63,002 nt of DNA, filler included, from Basidiobolus ranarum (GCA_040143965.1; 47 parts of 47 records of this genome joined end to end with filler, not necessarily neighbours in it); one strand, 5' to 3'. Shown: positions 51,049-63,002, counted from the whole stretch's first letter. Program-made: numbers and translations. The notes: generated by a model from the sequence alone, not told the origin.

Positions 51049-52288
51049 TAGCATTATTTTCATTTTAATTATCCAAACTTTATAATTGGTTCCATCCAAT
51101 TTTTCAGAAGAAGGAAAGTTCCATAAATTTGAGAAGTGGACATTACAGAGAGTGCAAGCTCAGGGCTCATAACCTGTTAAAGTGAAATCGGTGGTTTTCA
51201 CCTATTGATTTATTGAGTACAAAGTTGACATTTATAGTTTTGTCAAGATGTAAACAAACTAACATGTAGAATGTGTTAAGGAAGGTCCCAGGAACATGTG
51301 TGCAAAGTTTGGGGCTTCTAGCATAAGTTTGAAAAATCTATATATCTGAGAACTAAGTTGGTAAAAATATTCTAAGTAAATTCCAATTGAGAATAATTGA
51401 TAATATCTTGGTAAATTATAAGATAACTAATTACTAAGTTATATATGACTCTACAGGTGTTTAGGCAATGCTAAATTCAACAAATTGTTCCAATTCCAAT
51501 AGCATCCAATGTGCAGTCATCTCCTATGAGAACCTTTCCAATTTGGATTTCTTCATATTCCACAAACCAATGTTTTTCATTTGTGAAATGTTGGGAAGCT
51601 CTAGAATCAATGCACCATACCTGAGAATCCTGGTTGGTAGTCATAGATAGAGCAGAAATGAACCAGTGATCTTCTGTTGTAATTACATTTCCAGATTCCA
51701 TATGTTTTTCTTCTTTTGCAATTCTTTTAAAGCAATCTTTGCTTAAATGGCTAGTTCTATTACAGTAATCACAGAATGTGTTACTTTTCTTCTTAAAGTA
51801 CTTTTGATCTTTATAGGAAGGTTTCCTATAGCGTATTAAAGCAATTTCCTCATTCTTTTGGTAGAGTCCTGATTTGCATAAATCTTCATCTAGAAGTCTG
51901 CCAAATACATAATTTAAGGTCAAATTTTCAGTTTTTGATTCTAGAGCCATTACTAGGCTCTGAAACCTGTGTGGCAGGCTATTCAGGACTGTAACTATGA
52001 TATCTTGATCAGCGGTAGGTACTCCAATGCATTCCATTTCATTGACTAAAATAATGACTTTATTGATTAGTGATTCAATATCTTCTCCTGGCTTCATCTT
52101 TAAGTTGAAGAATTGTCTTCTTAGAAACATCTTGTTGGCAGTAGAACTTGTTTGGTAGGTGTCTTCCAAGACTTTTGATACCTTCTTGGCAGTTTTAGCT
52201 CTTGAACATTGAATTAGCAATTTGTCTTTGACATTAAGACAAATTGTGTTAAAGGCACTTTGTTCTTTTTTAACCTGGAGTAAAACTT
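51049..52288 (-). mobile_element. Copia family A 5' end (LTR 51175-51482, PBS 51163-51174) nested in the gag-protease of another family A copy
   Basis: GGTTATGAGCCC follows the LTR. The host ORF has a decayed knuckle CDYCNRTSHLSKDC and WCIDSRASQH. Confidence 0.9.
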
Positions 52289-52388
52289 NNNNNNNNNNNN
52301 NNNNNNNNNNNNNNNNNNNNNNNNNNNNNNNNTTAATTAATTAANNNNNNNNNNNNNNNNNNNNNNNNNNNNNNNNNNNNNNNNNNNN

Positions 52389-53067
52389 ACTAAAAATTTC
52401 ATGCAAGGCATCATTTCACCACAGGTGTGCTCTTATGGGGACTCCCAGAATATATAGCAAGGGCCTATAATCCCTAAGCATTGTGAAAGATACAGCAGGG
52501 AATGTATTGAATACTGGAATAGATTTAATCTACCTTCTCTAAACCTATAATGAAGTTTTCCATATCATATTACAAAATCTTTGCACAGTTGCTGAATTTG
52601 CCTGATATTTATTAAAGTGAGTTGATGCTATAAGAATATATTAACAATATTCTCAAACAACAACCTCCAATGTTGCCAATGCTTACCAGGCAGAAATCGT
52701 TTCATGATTCCACTTGAATATATACATATCAAATTTTTCCAGTCTTTACATTTGAATAAATGCCTAGATGAGAGGATATTGATGGGAGTCCTGGTAAAAT
52801 ATGATGGTATCTTGACATTTTCAAGCATTTTCCCAATCAATTCAAACTTTGCTGCTATCTCTAATAGCTCATTCTTATTGAATTTTCTACCATATAGCTG
52901 AGTAAGTAGTATTGGAATGTTGTTGAATAGTAAGTGCATAGTACCTAATGGAAGCTCTAGTTCAAGCTGATCCCCTTTAGCAATAGAATCTTAGGCTTAC
53001 AGCTATTACCAAGTTTGATATTAGACTGACTACTTGGTGAATTGATATCAGTGAGCATGTTGAAATT
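52389..53067 (-). pseudogene. CACTA/CMC-type transposase central and C-terminal fragment
   Basis: MHLLFNNIP...FKCKDWK...HWQHWRLLF; overlaps the homologies at 1-350 and 2696-3050. Confidence 0.78.
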
Positions 53068-53628
53068 ACTGGGAAAATATGAGCTGTTTGGAGGAACTTT
53101 AGAAAAGTGGAGTTGTGAATAGCTTTGGGAGAGATAATTATTTCTTGTCCAGAAATGAAGCATTTATACATTTTGGTGGAAATACAGAAAACTAACACTG
53201 GGGTTGTGTTTGGACATCTGTGGGAGTAAAATGAGCTATCTTTGGGGCAACTTGGATGAGTTTGAAATTTCCAATATGGAATTGCTAATTCTCACATTAT
53301 TCATATATATATAATACATGTTCCAATTTAGCTAAGTGATATTTGACTAAGTACTGTTAACTAACTTATATGTGATATATGAAATAGTTAGGTGTATAAA
53401 GATATATATAACAAATATGTAAAGACAATGATCTTCAACACTCCCACTCAACTAAATATTCATATATCTTGTCCTAACTTAAATCTTAATAGTTCAAACT
53501 TTGGCTTTGGTAATGGTTTGGTAAGGATGTCAGCAATCATGTCCTCAGTTGGACAGTACTCCAGTTGGACATGCTTATTCTCCACAGCTTCCCTGACAAA
53601 GTGTTGTTGAATATCAATGTGCTTACTT
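53068..53628 (-). mobile_element. Copia family C 3' end: RNase H, PPT (TGAGTGGGAG), LTR
   Basis: SKHIDIQQHFVRE...DMIADILTKP, then the purine tract and TGTTGAAG at 53440. Confidence 0.88.
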
Positions 53629-53728
53629 NNNNNNNNNNNNNNNNNNNNNNNNNNNNNNNNNNNNNNNNNNNNTTAATTAATTAANNNNNNNNNNNNNNNN
53701 NNNNNNNNNNNNNNNNNNNNNNNNNNNN

Positions 53729-54968
53729 TAGCCTTTGCTGATGTCTTTGACAAGAAGAAATCTGATATACTCCCTGCTCACCACCCATATGATTGCTGTA
53801 TAGATCTACAAGAAGGAAAACAACCACCATTTGGGCCTATATATGGGCTGCCCCCGCCAGAACTCAACATTCTGAAAGAGTACATTGCAGAATGTCTGGA
53901 GAAAGGACTTATCCAACATTCTAAGTCCCTATTAGGCTCTTCAATTTTATTTGTTAAGAAAAAGGATGGATCCCTCCATTTCTGTGTTGATTAAAGCAGC
54001 CTAAATACCATTACAGTCATAAATTGGTACCCCTTACCATTAATCAACTCACTGTTGAATCAGCTTGCTTCAGCAAAGGCTTTTGCAAAGATTGATTTAG
54101 GAGGGGCTTACAATCTTGTAAGAATCAAACCAGGAGACCAATGGAAAACTGCCTTTAGAACTTGCTATGGACACTTGAATATAATGTCATGCCATTTGGA
54201 CCTACCAATGCCTCTGCAGTCTTTCAATGCATGATGAGTGATATCTTGGGAGAGTATCTTGACCATTTTGTGGTAATCTACCTTGACAATATCTTTGTCT
54301 TATCAAGCTCTTAAGAAGAACATAATATTTATGTTTGCCAAGTCCTAGAAAAGTGAAAAACCTCTGGTCTCTATGCTCAACTTGAGGAATGTGAATTTGA
54401 TCATGCTCAAGTTGAGTTCCTTAGATATAATATCAGCCCATCAGGCATCTCCATGGACCCTAAGAAGGTGGAATCTGTTCTATCTTGGTATACTCTTAAG
54501 AATATGAAGGATGTCCAATCTTTCCTTGGATTTGCAAACTTTGACCAATGGTTTGTCATGAACTACTCCAAAATATCTGCTGCATTAACAAACCATACAA
54601 GGAATGAACTCCCATTTGACTGGAACCCATCTTGCCAACAAGCATTTGCAACTTTAGAGAATGTTTTACCTCAGCACCAATCCTGGCATACCCCAAGCTA
54701 GATAAGCCATTTATTGTTGAAACTGATGCCTCTGACTTTGCTCTAGGAGCATTACTATCACAGATTGATGATGACAACTTACTGCACCCTGTTGCCTTTT
54801 ACTCAAGAAAGTTCTCTGCAGCAGAAATCAACTATGACATCTATGACAAGGAACTATTAGCCTTTATTGCCGCATTTGAACAATGGTGACAATACTTGGA
54901 TGGAGCAAATCACAAAATCATAGTTTATTGTGTTCATAAGAATCTCCAGTATTTTAGCACAACCAAAG
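53729..54968 (+). mobile_element. Ty3/gypsy RT-RNase H, degenerate
   Basis: [23 protein letters not shown] (decayed YLDD), VETDASDFALGALLSQ, YDKELLA. Confidence 0.94.
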
Positions 54969-55121
54969 NNNNNNNNNNNNNNNNNNNNNNNNNNNNNNNN
55001 NNNNNNNNNNNNTTAATTAATTAANNNNNNNNNNNNNNNNNNNNNNNNNNNNNNNNNNNNNNNNNNNNATTTAAATTGTGATGGTTTTCCTACAATAACA
55101 ATCCTCAAATATCTGTTAGGG

Positions 55122-55985
55122 TATAGAGAAAGGTATATTGAGTGAAAGATCTTCTGTCCTGAATATCTGATCCCCAATCTGCATCACTAAACTCAATTAG
55201 ATTCTTGTTCTCATAAGAATATGTGTATCTAAATCCCAGATTAGTTGTCCCCTTCAAATATCTGAAAATCTGCTTAACTATGGCATAGGGCTCAGATTCT
55301 GATTTTTGCACATGTTGGCCAACTACTCCAACTGCAAAATAGATATCTGGCTGGGTTCCAGTTATAGCATAGATCAAACTACCTACCTTAGATTGATAAG
55401 GGTACTCAGGGCTTTCAAATGATGTATTTTGAGCCATATTTGGCCAATGTTCATCATTTTTGATGGGCTTTTGGACTAGTTTAACACCTGGATCCATGGG
55501 GGTTGCTACTGGCTAGCAACTCTCTATCCTGCAACATCTGAGTATGTCTGAGATGTATTGATACGGATTCATAGTGAAGGATTTGCTTAATATATATGTA
55601 TGGACCTGCAGGCCTAAAAATATATAAATTCACCTCTATTCATTGTCTTGAATTGGACTGATAGATTACTTTTGGTGTTCCTGAGAGCTTCATCATTATT
55701 GGTAGCTATAATCATATTATGCACATATAAGGCAAGTATCACCTTAATGTCCTTATCTGTCTTAAAGTAGATCCCAAGATCCGCCTTACTATATTGGAAA
55801 TCTAGTGATTTGAAGTATGTGTCTATCTTAGTTTACCAGGCCCTGAGTGATTGTTTAAGTCCATAAAGTGATTTTTGTAGCTTGCACACATCTTCAGGGT
55901 GCTCAGGATCCATCAAATCATCTGGTTGATCCATGAATAAAACCACTTCCAAGTCCCCTTTCAAAAAAACAGTTTTAACATCCAT
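55122..55985 (-). mobile_element. Ty1/copia RT to RNase H start; CCCTAAC-element left end inserted at 55069-55121
   Basis: MDVKTVF, LYGLKQS, YQSKVGSLIY, FSDADWG; terminus ...TCTGTTAGGG at 55121. Confidence 0.9.
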
Positions 55986-56407
55986 AAGCATGACATAGAC
56001 ATCACCCACGTTGTATTATCATGTGATCCAGCAAAAACAGTTTACGTATCTAACATGTCCGTAACTTTATTGGCCATACTGTACCACCAAGAAAGAGAAA
56101 TATCTAATGTTTCAAACAAAATTATTATTCATGAACGTACAACTTTATATATATCGGTCATATATACTTACAGATGGTATGTTCCAAGGAGCAACATTAT
56201 TTGTAATATGAATCCTGTTGCCCAAGAAAAAGCCCAAATTTTTTTGGACACTAATTATCATATTTTGCCTAAACAGTAACTTTATAGCACATAAAAAAAT
56301 GCAGCTANNNNNNNNNNNNNNNNNNNNNNNNNNNNNNNNNNNNNNNNNNNNTTAATTAATTAANNNNNNNNNNNNNNNNNNNNNNNNNNNNNNNNNNNNN
56401 NNNNNNN

Positions 56408-57361
56408 AAGTTAGCTTGTCTACATCTTGACAAAACTATAAATGTCAACTGAATACTCAATAAATTAACAAGTGAAAACCACCAATTCCTCTAATTCTCC
56501 AAACCACTTCCAAGAGGCTCCCAAATACTTTAACAGGTTATGCGCCCCAAGCTTGCACTCTCTGTAGTGTCTACTTCTAAAATCTATGGAACTTTTCCCT
56601 CTTCTGAATAGTTGGATGGAACCAATTATCAAGTTTGGAAAATTTAAATGAAAATGCTGCTGCAAGAAAAAGGACTTTGGGACACTGTGGTTGGAGAAGA
56701 AAACAATGCAAAACTACCTGAAACCAAAGTTTCACTCTAGGTTAATAAAGAACAAAGTTTGTCTAACTTAATTTATCTCAATGTTAAAGACAAATTGATA
56801 ATTCAACATTCAGGTGCTAAAACTACCAAGAAGGCATGAAAAGCCTTGGAAGACCCCTAACAAACAAGTTCTGCTGCCAACAAGATGTTTCTAAGAAGAC
56901 AAATCTTTAACTTAATGATGAAGCCAGGAGAAGACATTAAATCACTAATTAATAGAGTCACTATTTTAGTAGATGAAATGGAATGCATTGAAGTACCTAC
57001 TACTGATCAAGATATCATAGTTACAGTCCTGAATAGCCTGCCACACAAGTTTCAGAGCCTAGTATTGGCCCTAGAATCAAGAACTGAAAGTTTGACCTTA
57101 AATAATATATTTGGCAGACTTCCACATGAAGATTTACACAAATTAGGATCCCACTAAAAGAATGAAGCAAATGCTTTAATAGGCTATGGGAAACCTTCCT
57201 ATAAAGGTCAAAGCACTTTAAAAAGAAAAGAAACACATTCTGTGATTACTGTAAAAGAACTGACCATTTAAGCAAAGATTGCTTTAAAAGAATTGCAAAA
57301 GAAGAAAAATATACTGAATCTGGAAATGTGGTTGCAACATAAGAGCACTTGTGCATATCTG
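56408..57361 (+). mobile_element. Copia family A: LTR end (56535), PBS, gag
   Basis: TTTAACA GGTTATGCGCCC; gag colinear with 10191-10671 and 51660-52288. Confidence 0.9.
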
Positions 57362-57643
57362 TGTTGAGAGGCTGGTGACTTGTGGTACAAGCAGTAATTC
57401 CAAAAGAGGAAAATATGGCGTATGGTGACTGCATCTGAACACAAAGTCTAAGGCCAATCAGTTGCTTGTATAGCTGAAATGCCATAGTACCATACATTGA
57501 CAGACTAGGTTAAGGTTCCCTAGCAATATAGGCAAAGCATACAAGGACTGGTAGCTCAGTGGTTAGAGCACCTTGCTAGAGTGAAGGAGGTCCCAGGTTC
57601 AAATCCTGGCCAGACCAATATTTCTCCCTAAATAATTTCAACA
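57362..57643. mobile_element. Complete LTR of family T (282 bp, TGTTGA...TCAACA) containing a tRNA-like gene
   Basis: 6-bp inverted termini; interrupts a copia ORF. Homologous partial copies at 11837, 40322 and 60212. Confidence 0.72.
57545..57617 (+). tRNA. tRNA-like cloverleaf (nominal anticodon AGA, short variable loop), probably a pseudo-tRNA or Pol III promoter
   Basis: GGACTGG TA GCTC AGTGGTTA GAGC A CCTTG CTAGAGT GAAGG AGGTC CCAGG TTCAAAT CCTGG CCAGACC A. D and T arms pair fully; mismatches at A3.A70 and G31.G39. Confidence 0.75.
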
Positions 57644-58239
57644 TTTNNNNNNNNNNNNNNNNNNNNNNNNNNNNNNNNNNNNNNNNNNNNTTAATTAATT
57701 AANNNNNNNNNNNNNNNNNNNNNNNNNNNNNNNNNNNNNNNNNNNNCACAGAGATGCAACAATAATAGATACTAACATGTTCAAAGTTTCAAGGCCACAT
57801 CAGCGATGTTTGTGATCTTAATGGCATTTGATTCAACCCCCCACTCATGGCAATTATACTCAGCCACCAATTCTTAGCATTTAATCTAAGCTATTTCTTT
57901 ATATAAGCAACCCTTCCTCTTAGTGAAAAAAAAGCTTCTAGCCTTAGCACATTCCAAAACTGCACCATATGTGTTATCCTCTCTTAAACTAGTTATTCTA
58001 TCACATATCATAGTACAATAAAAAAGATTCCTGATGCAACTCAACTAGGCTCAACTATTGCAGATTGCAGTTCAGATTCCTTCATAGTTATCTTCACTTT
58101 TAGAGCCACAGAATATACCTCACTCTTAATCAAAGTCTGTGCCAATCTTATAGATCTATAGCTTTTTCTTCAGACTTCAGGTTAGAGAAACCACCAGAGT
58201 TTTATCTCTCATTGTAGTATTGAAGATACTTGATAGTTC

Positions 58240-58985
58240 TATCAGCAGAAATAATGGATTGACTGTTTACTTACCATCATAAAATTATCAAGTTAGATTT
58301 GATTTTGCGCAATTTCTTCAGTTTCAAGAGTGAAATTTTAAGATCTCACAAAATAATTGCACATGATTGGCTACAATCTCAGAGAACTATGAATCAATAC
58401 ATGTGTGACAAATGTAACTCAAATCTTATACACTTACTGCTTGAATGCTAATTTGTCACCTTTGAAATCCCTAGTTTCTTTGCTATATTCTCCTGAATGT
58501 TTATATAGAGTTCTTCATACCCAAGGTTTGGTCCATATCCAACACAATTTTGTATCTATATCTTCATCAAAGCCCACCATTGTAATAATGTTGCTGAATC
58601 AACATTCTTCCAGCTATCTGGTGGACATCCTGCAACATTATACAACTCAATATCAACTTCTTCCCAGATATCTGCATAGTCAACATCAGACTGAATGTCA
58701 GGTTAAAATGTTCTTTTTCTGAAGCCACTTTCTGCATACTTTCATCTGATTTTTCCCTCAATACTGGTGAAAATACTCCTCAAGTACTTTTACTTTTTTA
58801 TATGTCCTTAAAGTGTGACACTACTGAGTGTGCTTTTTGGTGTTTGTGCAGCTTTTTGCTTGCCTTTAAATTTGGGCCTGATTTCTACGCTTTGAAAGAT
58901 ACCAGTTGAAGCTGGCAAGACAGGAGTTTTGTTTGTTGGTGTTTTGCCTGGTTGCAAGATGCCAGGTGTTGGATAATCCTCAGAA
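58240..58985 (+). mobile_element. Left arm of the CCCTAAC transposon, extending furthest into the interior
   Basis: Colinear with 29090-29485 and continues past it. Confidence 0.7.
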
Positions 58986-59085
58986 NNNNNNNNNNNNNNN
59001 NNNNNNNNNNNNNNNNNNNNNNNNNNNNNTTAATTAATTAANNNNNNNNNNNNNNNNNNNNNNNNNNNNNNNNNNNNNNNNNNNN

Positions 59086-59221
59086 TATAAAATATATGTT
59101 CCGATTTTCAGCTAAGTGATATTTGACTAAATAATGTTGACTAACTAATATGTGATATATGAAATAGTTAGGTGTATAAAGATAGGGATAACATATATGA
59201 TAAAGACAATAAACTTCAACA
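59086..59221 (-). mobile_element. Copia LTR family C fragment
   Basis: Reverse complement of 33402-33512; ends CTTCAACA. Confidence 0.75.
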
Positions 59222-60155
59222 GGTACTCTATGGTGCAAAATTGTGCTGCATAAGTTTGGGAATAACCTATCCAATATGCTATATACAGCACAGTCTGGCA
59301 CTTTGACAAGGAACCAGTCAGTAGAATGACTATATACCAAGATGTATATGACTATATAGGTGTATGGACTATGTTAACTCCAGCAGTATCAGCTGGTGGA
59401 TTGATCCAAAAATAAGCAACTGGTATGCCAAACATGATATATGAATATCTTGGTGCTTCTTTTTGTTTTGAAATCTGCAACCCTGAATATATATTCTATA
59501 TTTTAAATAATCCTCTACTAGTTAATGTTGAAAATGACATAGCTTAAGCATCTGTATAGTTGTATAACTAGCTACCTTGATTTTACTATGTTATCATTAG
59601 ATATCTTCATAATTGAGTTACTGAAAATATTTTTACATTATTGGAAGATCTCAGATTATGTGATTTTCATGGACATATCTGAAAGTCCCCAAGCTTTGTA
59701 CACACATTCCTTGCATCTTCCCAAACATATTCTACACATTGATTTAGTCATTTCTTGACAAATATACAATTGTCAAGTTAAACCTAATAAATCAATTAGT
59801 GGCAAACTATCATTGATTCTAGTTCTCCAAATCACTCTCTGTTGTGTACCAACATACAAAGTTATATGTTATTACATCATCTCTATACAACTTGCATCAA
59901 TATTGATTTAGTTTATCACCATTGCTAACTAGTCATCCAACATTTTCCGGTTACTCTTTCATGTGACTTATCACATGACTAACTAATTATTCTCTGATCC
60001 TTTCTATAATATCATATGGCCAGTCACATGATTATTGTTCAATCAATATTAATCTCTAAGTCATCTTCACAGACACATGTTAATATGAGTCACAAAAATC
60101 ATAACCAATGATCCTTCACAGCCAAGACTTCAGCTGATGCATGACTAACTTATCC

Positions 60156-60176
60156 ATCTATCTATCTATCTATCTA
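60156..60176. repeat. (ATCT)n microsatellite, about 5 units
   Basis: atctatctatctatctatcta. Confidence 0.8.
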
Positions 60177-60238
60177 ATCCCATTCTCCTTTTTCAGAGTT
60201 AGTCATCTATTTATTGAAATTATTTTAGGGATAAATGT

Positions 60239-60311
60239 TGGTCTGGCCAGGATTTGAACCTGAGGCCTCCTTCACTCTAGCAAGGTGCTCTAACCACTGA
60301 GCTACCAGTCC
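60239..60311 (-). tRNA. tRNA-like sequence inside LTR family T (LTR fragment 60212-60324)
   Basis: 73 nt, reverse-complement match to 57545-57617. Confidence 0.68.
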
Positions 60312-60746
60312 TAGTATGGTACGCNNNNNNNNNNNNNNNNNNNNNNNNNNNNNNNNNNNNNNNNNNNNTTAATTAATTAANNNNNNNNNNNNNNNNNNNN
60401 NNNNNNNNNNNNNNNNNNNNNNNNGCATTTGGCAATATCTCCAAATGGTTATGAAAATGATTTTCATGGGATACGCGTAGAGTATATTGACTGATACTAA
60501 CTTGACTGATACTAACTAACTTGACTGATACTAACCGGGAAATCATATTTACAGTCGACATTGATCAAACCCGTTTAAACTCAATTCCATGTACGGAACT
60601 TTGATATCCAGTATGTTGGTGCAAATCTAGCCACGCAATTGCCCTACTATACCCGAGAGATGTCAAGAGGATCTTGGTTACAACTATATAAACAAACCTT
60701 CTTTCTTCAATTACAATCAAGAATAGACTAACTCTACATATTAATA

Positions 60747-61663
60747 ATGTCTGGAGAATCCGAAAACCTGAACAATGCTACGGTTCAGTTTGACTCCGAA
60801 CAGCCTGCTACAGATAATGCCTCGAAGAATTTGAGTCCTACCAGCGCAATATCGAAAATCGATACACATCAATCTACAGCTGCAATCTCAATCATGAGTG
60901 ATTATGGCTGGAGTGATGAAGGTGGAGCAGCTGAGGAAGAAGGTGAGGAAGAAGGCGGAATGAGTAATGCTGCGGTTCCCGAAGAGCTCTTACAAACAGA
61001 CCCTAGACAGGGATTAACATCTTCTGAGGTTGAAACCCGTAGGAAGAAGTATGGTCTTAATCAACTTTCTATGGAGAGTGAGAGCAAGATCCTCAAGTTC
61101 TTCCTATTCTTCTGCGGCCCCATTCAGTACGTGATGTGGGTTGCAGTTTGTCTTGCTGGTGCTCTTCAGGATTGGGTAGATTTTGGTGTCATCATTGGTC
61201 TTCTCGCACTGAATGCTTTCGTTGGTTTCTTGCAAGAGTATCAAGCAGGAAATATTATTGATCAGTTGAAGAAAACATTGGCACTATCGGCTATAGCTGT
61301 AAGAGACGGAAAGGAGGTCCAAGTGGAGGCTAACTCCCTTGTCCCTGGTGATATTATTCTTGTTGAAGATGGTTGTGTTGTTCCAGCTGATTGTCGTATT
61401 CTTGGAGAAGACTCACGTCTACAAGTTGATCAGGCCGCATTGACTGGAGAGTCATTGGCCGCATCTAAGGGACCTGGTGATGATTTGTTCAGTAGTTCGG
61501 CCATTAAGCGTGGTAGTTGTTATGCTGTTGTTACTGCTACTGGTGAAAAAACCTTCGTTGGTCGTGCCGCTGCTCTTGCTGGTAAATCGAATGGTGTTGG
61601 TCACTTTACCGAGGTTATCAACAATATTGGTACTGTTCTTCTCGTGCTCGTCATCTTGTGGTT
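60747..61663 (+). CDS. PMA1: Plasma-membrane H+-ATPase (P-type IIIA), N-terminal part
   Basis: [82 protein letters not shown] at 60685. Confidence 0.95.
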
Positions 61664-61763
61664 NNNNNNNNNNNNNNNNNNNNNNNNNNNNNNNNNNNNN
61701 NNNNNNNTTAATTAATTAANNNNNNNNNNNNNNNNNNNNNNNNNNNNNNNNNNNNNNNNNNNN

Positions 61764-62173
61764 TACGACAACTCGAGGAGCGGGAGAAGCGAGAAGGGCG
61801 GGAGTCAATAATGCAGTCAGAGCAAAGTGACCCAAATTATTTGTACCAAATTGCATTTCAAATCCATCTTTTGTCAAAGTGCGAGTGGGAATAGCCATGA
61901 TTCCTACATTGTTAATAAGGAAATCAACTCTGCAAGAACTTCTTGGGAGAAATCATGTAAGGAGGCTAAATCAGAGAGATCAAGTTTTCCAACTTTAAAA
62001 TCTCCTTCAGGTACTTGCTCGCGAAGTTGAGTAAGAGCTTCTTTGGCTTTGCTGGGGTTGTGGCAGGCGAGCCATACTCTAGCGCCGACACGACCAAATT
62101 CGCGTGCAGTGCAGAATCCAAGACCACTGTTGGCGCCTGTAATAATTACAGTTTTTTCTTCAAGATTGGCCAT
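61764..62173 (-). pseudogene. Short-chain dehydrogenase/reductase (RDH/WWOX-like), frameshifted
   Basis: ITGANSGLG, LDLSDLAS, then a frame change near 61935 to [15 protein letters not shown]...[14 protein letters not shown]. Confidence 0.82.
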
Positions 62174-62359
62174 TTCGGTAGGAGTCTACTTCGACATTTT
62201 TGGTGAAAACAGTAAAGATGTGATAGATCGGAAATGAAAGATCAAAGTAAGAATGTGCTTGTTTGCTTGATTTTTGGACAAAACGCGTATTTATGCACCA
62301 ATATCATGTCTAAAGTTTGAACACTTAGCCAAATGTAGGATTGCGGCTTTTGAAAAGTG

Positions 62360-62667
62360 TGTTGAAAGTGGTTTGGAGAACTAGAAGAATTGGCGGTTTT
62401 CACCTATTGATTTATTGCATAGAAAGTTGAAATTTATAGTTTTGTCAAGATGTAAACAAATTGACATCTAGAATGTGTTAAGAAACATGTGTGCAAAGTT
62501 TGAGGCTTCTTTGAAAAATCAATATATCTTAGAACTTCTAACTTGGTAAAAATATTCTGGGTAAATTTCTCTTGAGAATAATGAGTAATACTTTAGTTCA
62601 ATATAGGATAACTAAATACTAAGCTATATATGACTATATAGGTGTTTAGGCAATGCTAATTTCAACA
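62360..62667 (-). mobile_element. Copia LTR family A, upstream of the SDR gene
   Basis: Reverse-complement match to 9813-10140; ends GCTAATTTCAACA. Confidence 0.85.
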
Positions 62668-63002
62668 ATATTACCACCTAATCTTTTGCTGAGCAGGGAT
62701 GTTTTGCCAAGCTTAAGTAAACTAAGATCATTGATACGCTCAATTCAACATTACTTCAAAACTTGTTTCTTCAAATATGGGAGTCATATTCTATGGGAAA
62801 GTATCTATTGGCCATCAGATTGCAGATGCTTGTATATTCTTACTTCTCAACAGTCAGTGTCCTCTACCATTTCCTCAGCCTTTCCGTAACTTAATTAGGA
62901 ATAAGTCAACAAGCTCATGATCAATTCTTTAGAAACACACATTTGGTTTATCTGATGTTCATGGGGATGGTGGCGACGTCACTGAATCACACCAAATGCT
63001 CC

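Noticed and set aside
57357-57646. Target-site duplication around the tRNA-bearing LTR
   Set aside because: The left flank is ATCTG, but only 3 nt (TTT) are visible on the right before the gap and they do not match. Solo-LTR status is unproven.
1249-61763. Regularly spaced TTAATTAATTAA repeats separating ~1.24-kb unique segments (array- or cassette-like)
   Set aside because: Assembly spacers flanked by exactly 44 N on each side, between length-sorted contigs. Not biological. ORFs ending in X...LIN are artefacts of these spacers.

Overview
This is not a contiguous locus. It is an artificial concatenation of 47 small contigs, sorted by length from 1248 down to 1239 bp, each joined by a 100-bp spacer (44 N + TTAATTAATTAA + 44 N). 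Nothing can be inferred across the spacers. The DNA is eukaryotic and fungal (PMA1-type H+-ATPase, ARG1, Kin4-like kinase, fungal NRPS). An early-diverging lineage such as a Basidiobolus-like fungus is plausible, but that is inference. Most contigs are decayed, nested, CpG-depleted transposons: several Ty1/copia families with a half-tRNA-Met primer binding site (PBS), a chromovirus-type Ty3/gypsy family, and CACTA/CMC-like DNA transposons. The remaining contigs carry host gene fragments. Main observations: (1) a ~282-bp LTR family carrying a complete 73-nt tRNA-like cloverleaf with Pol III A/B boxes (4 copies); (2) a duplicated box C/D snoRNA with no assigned target; (3) a tail-to-head ARG1 tandem junction; (4) a DNA transposon with CCCTAAC...GTTAGGG termini; (5) lesioned GH24 lysozyme, NRPS and NRPS-like genes. 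All family calls come from motif recognition by eye; no searches were run.
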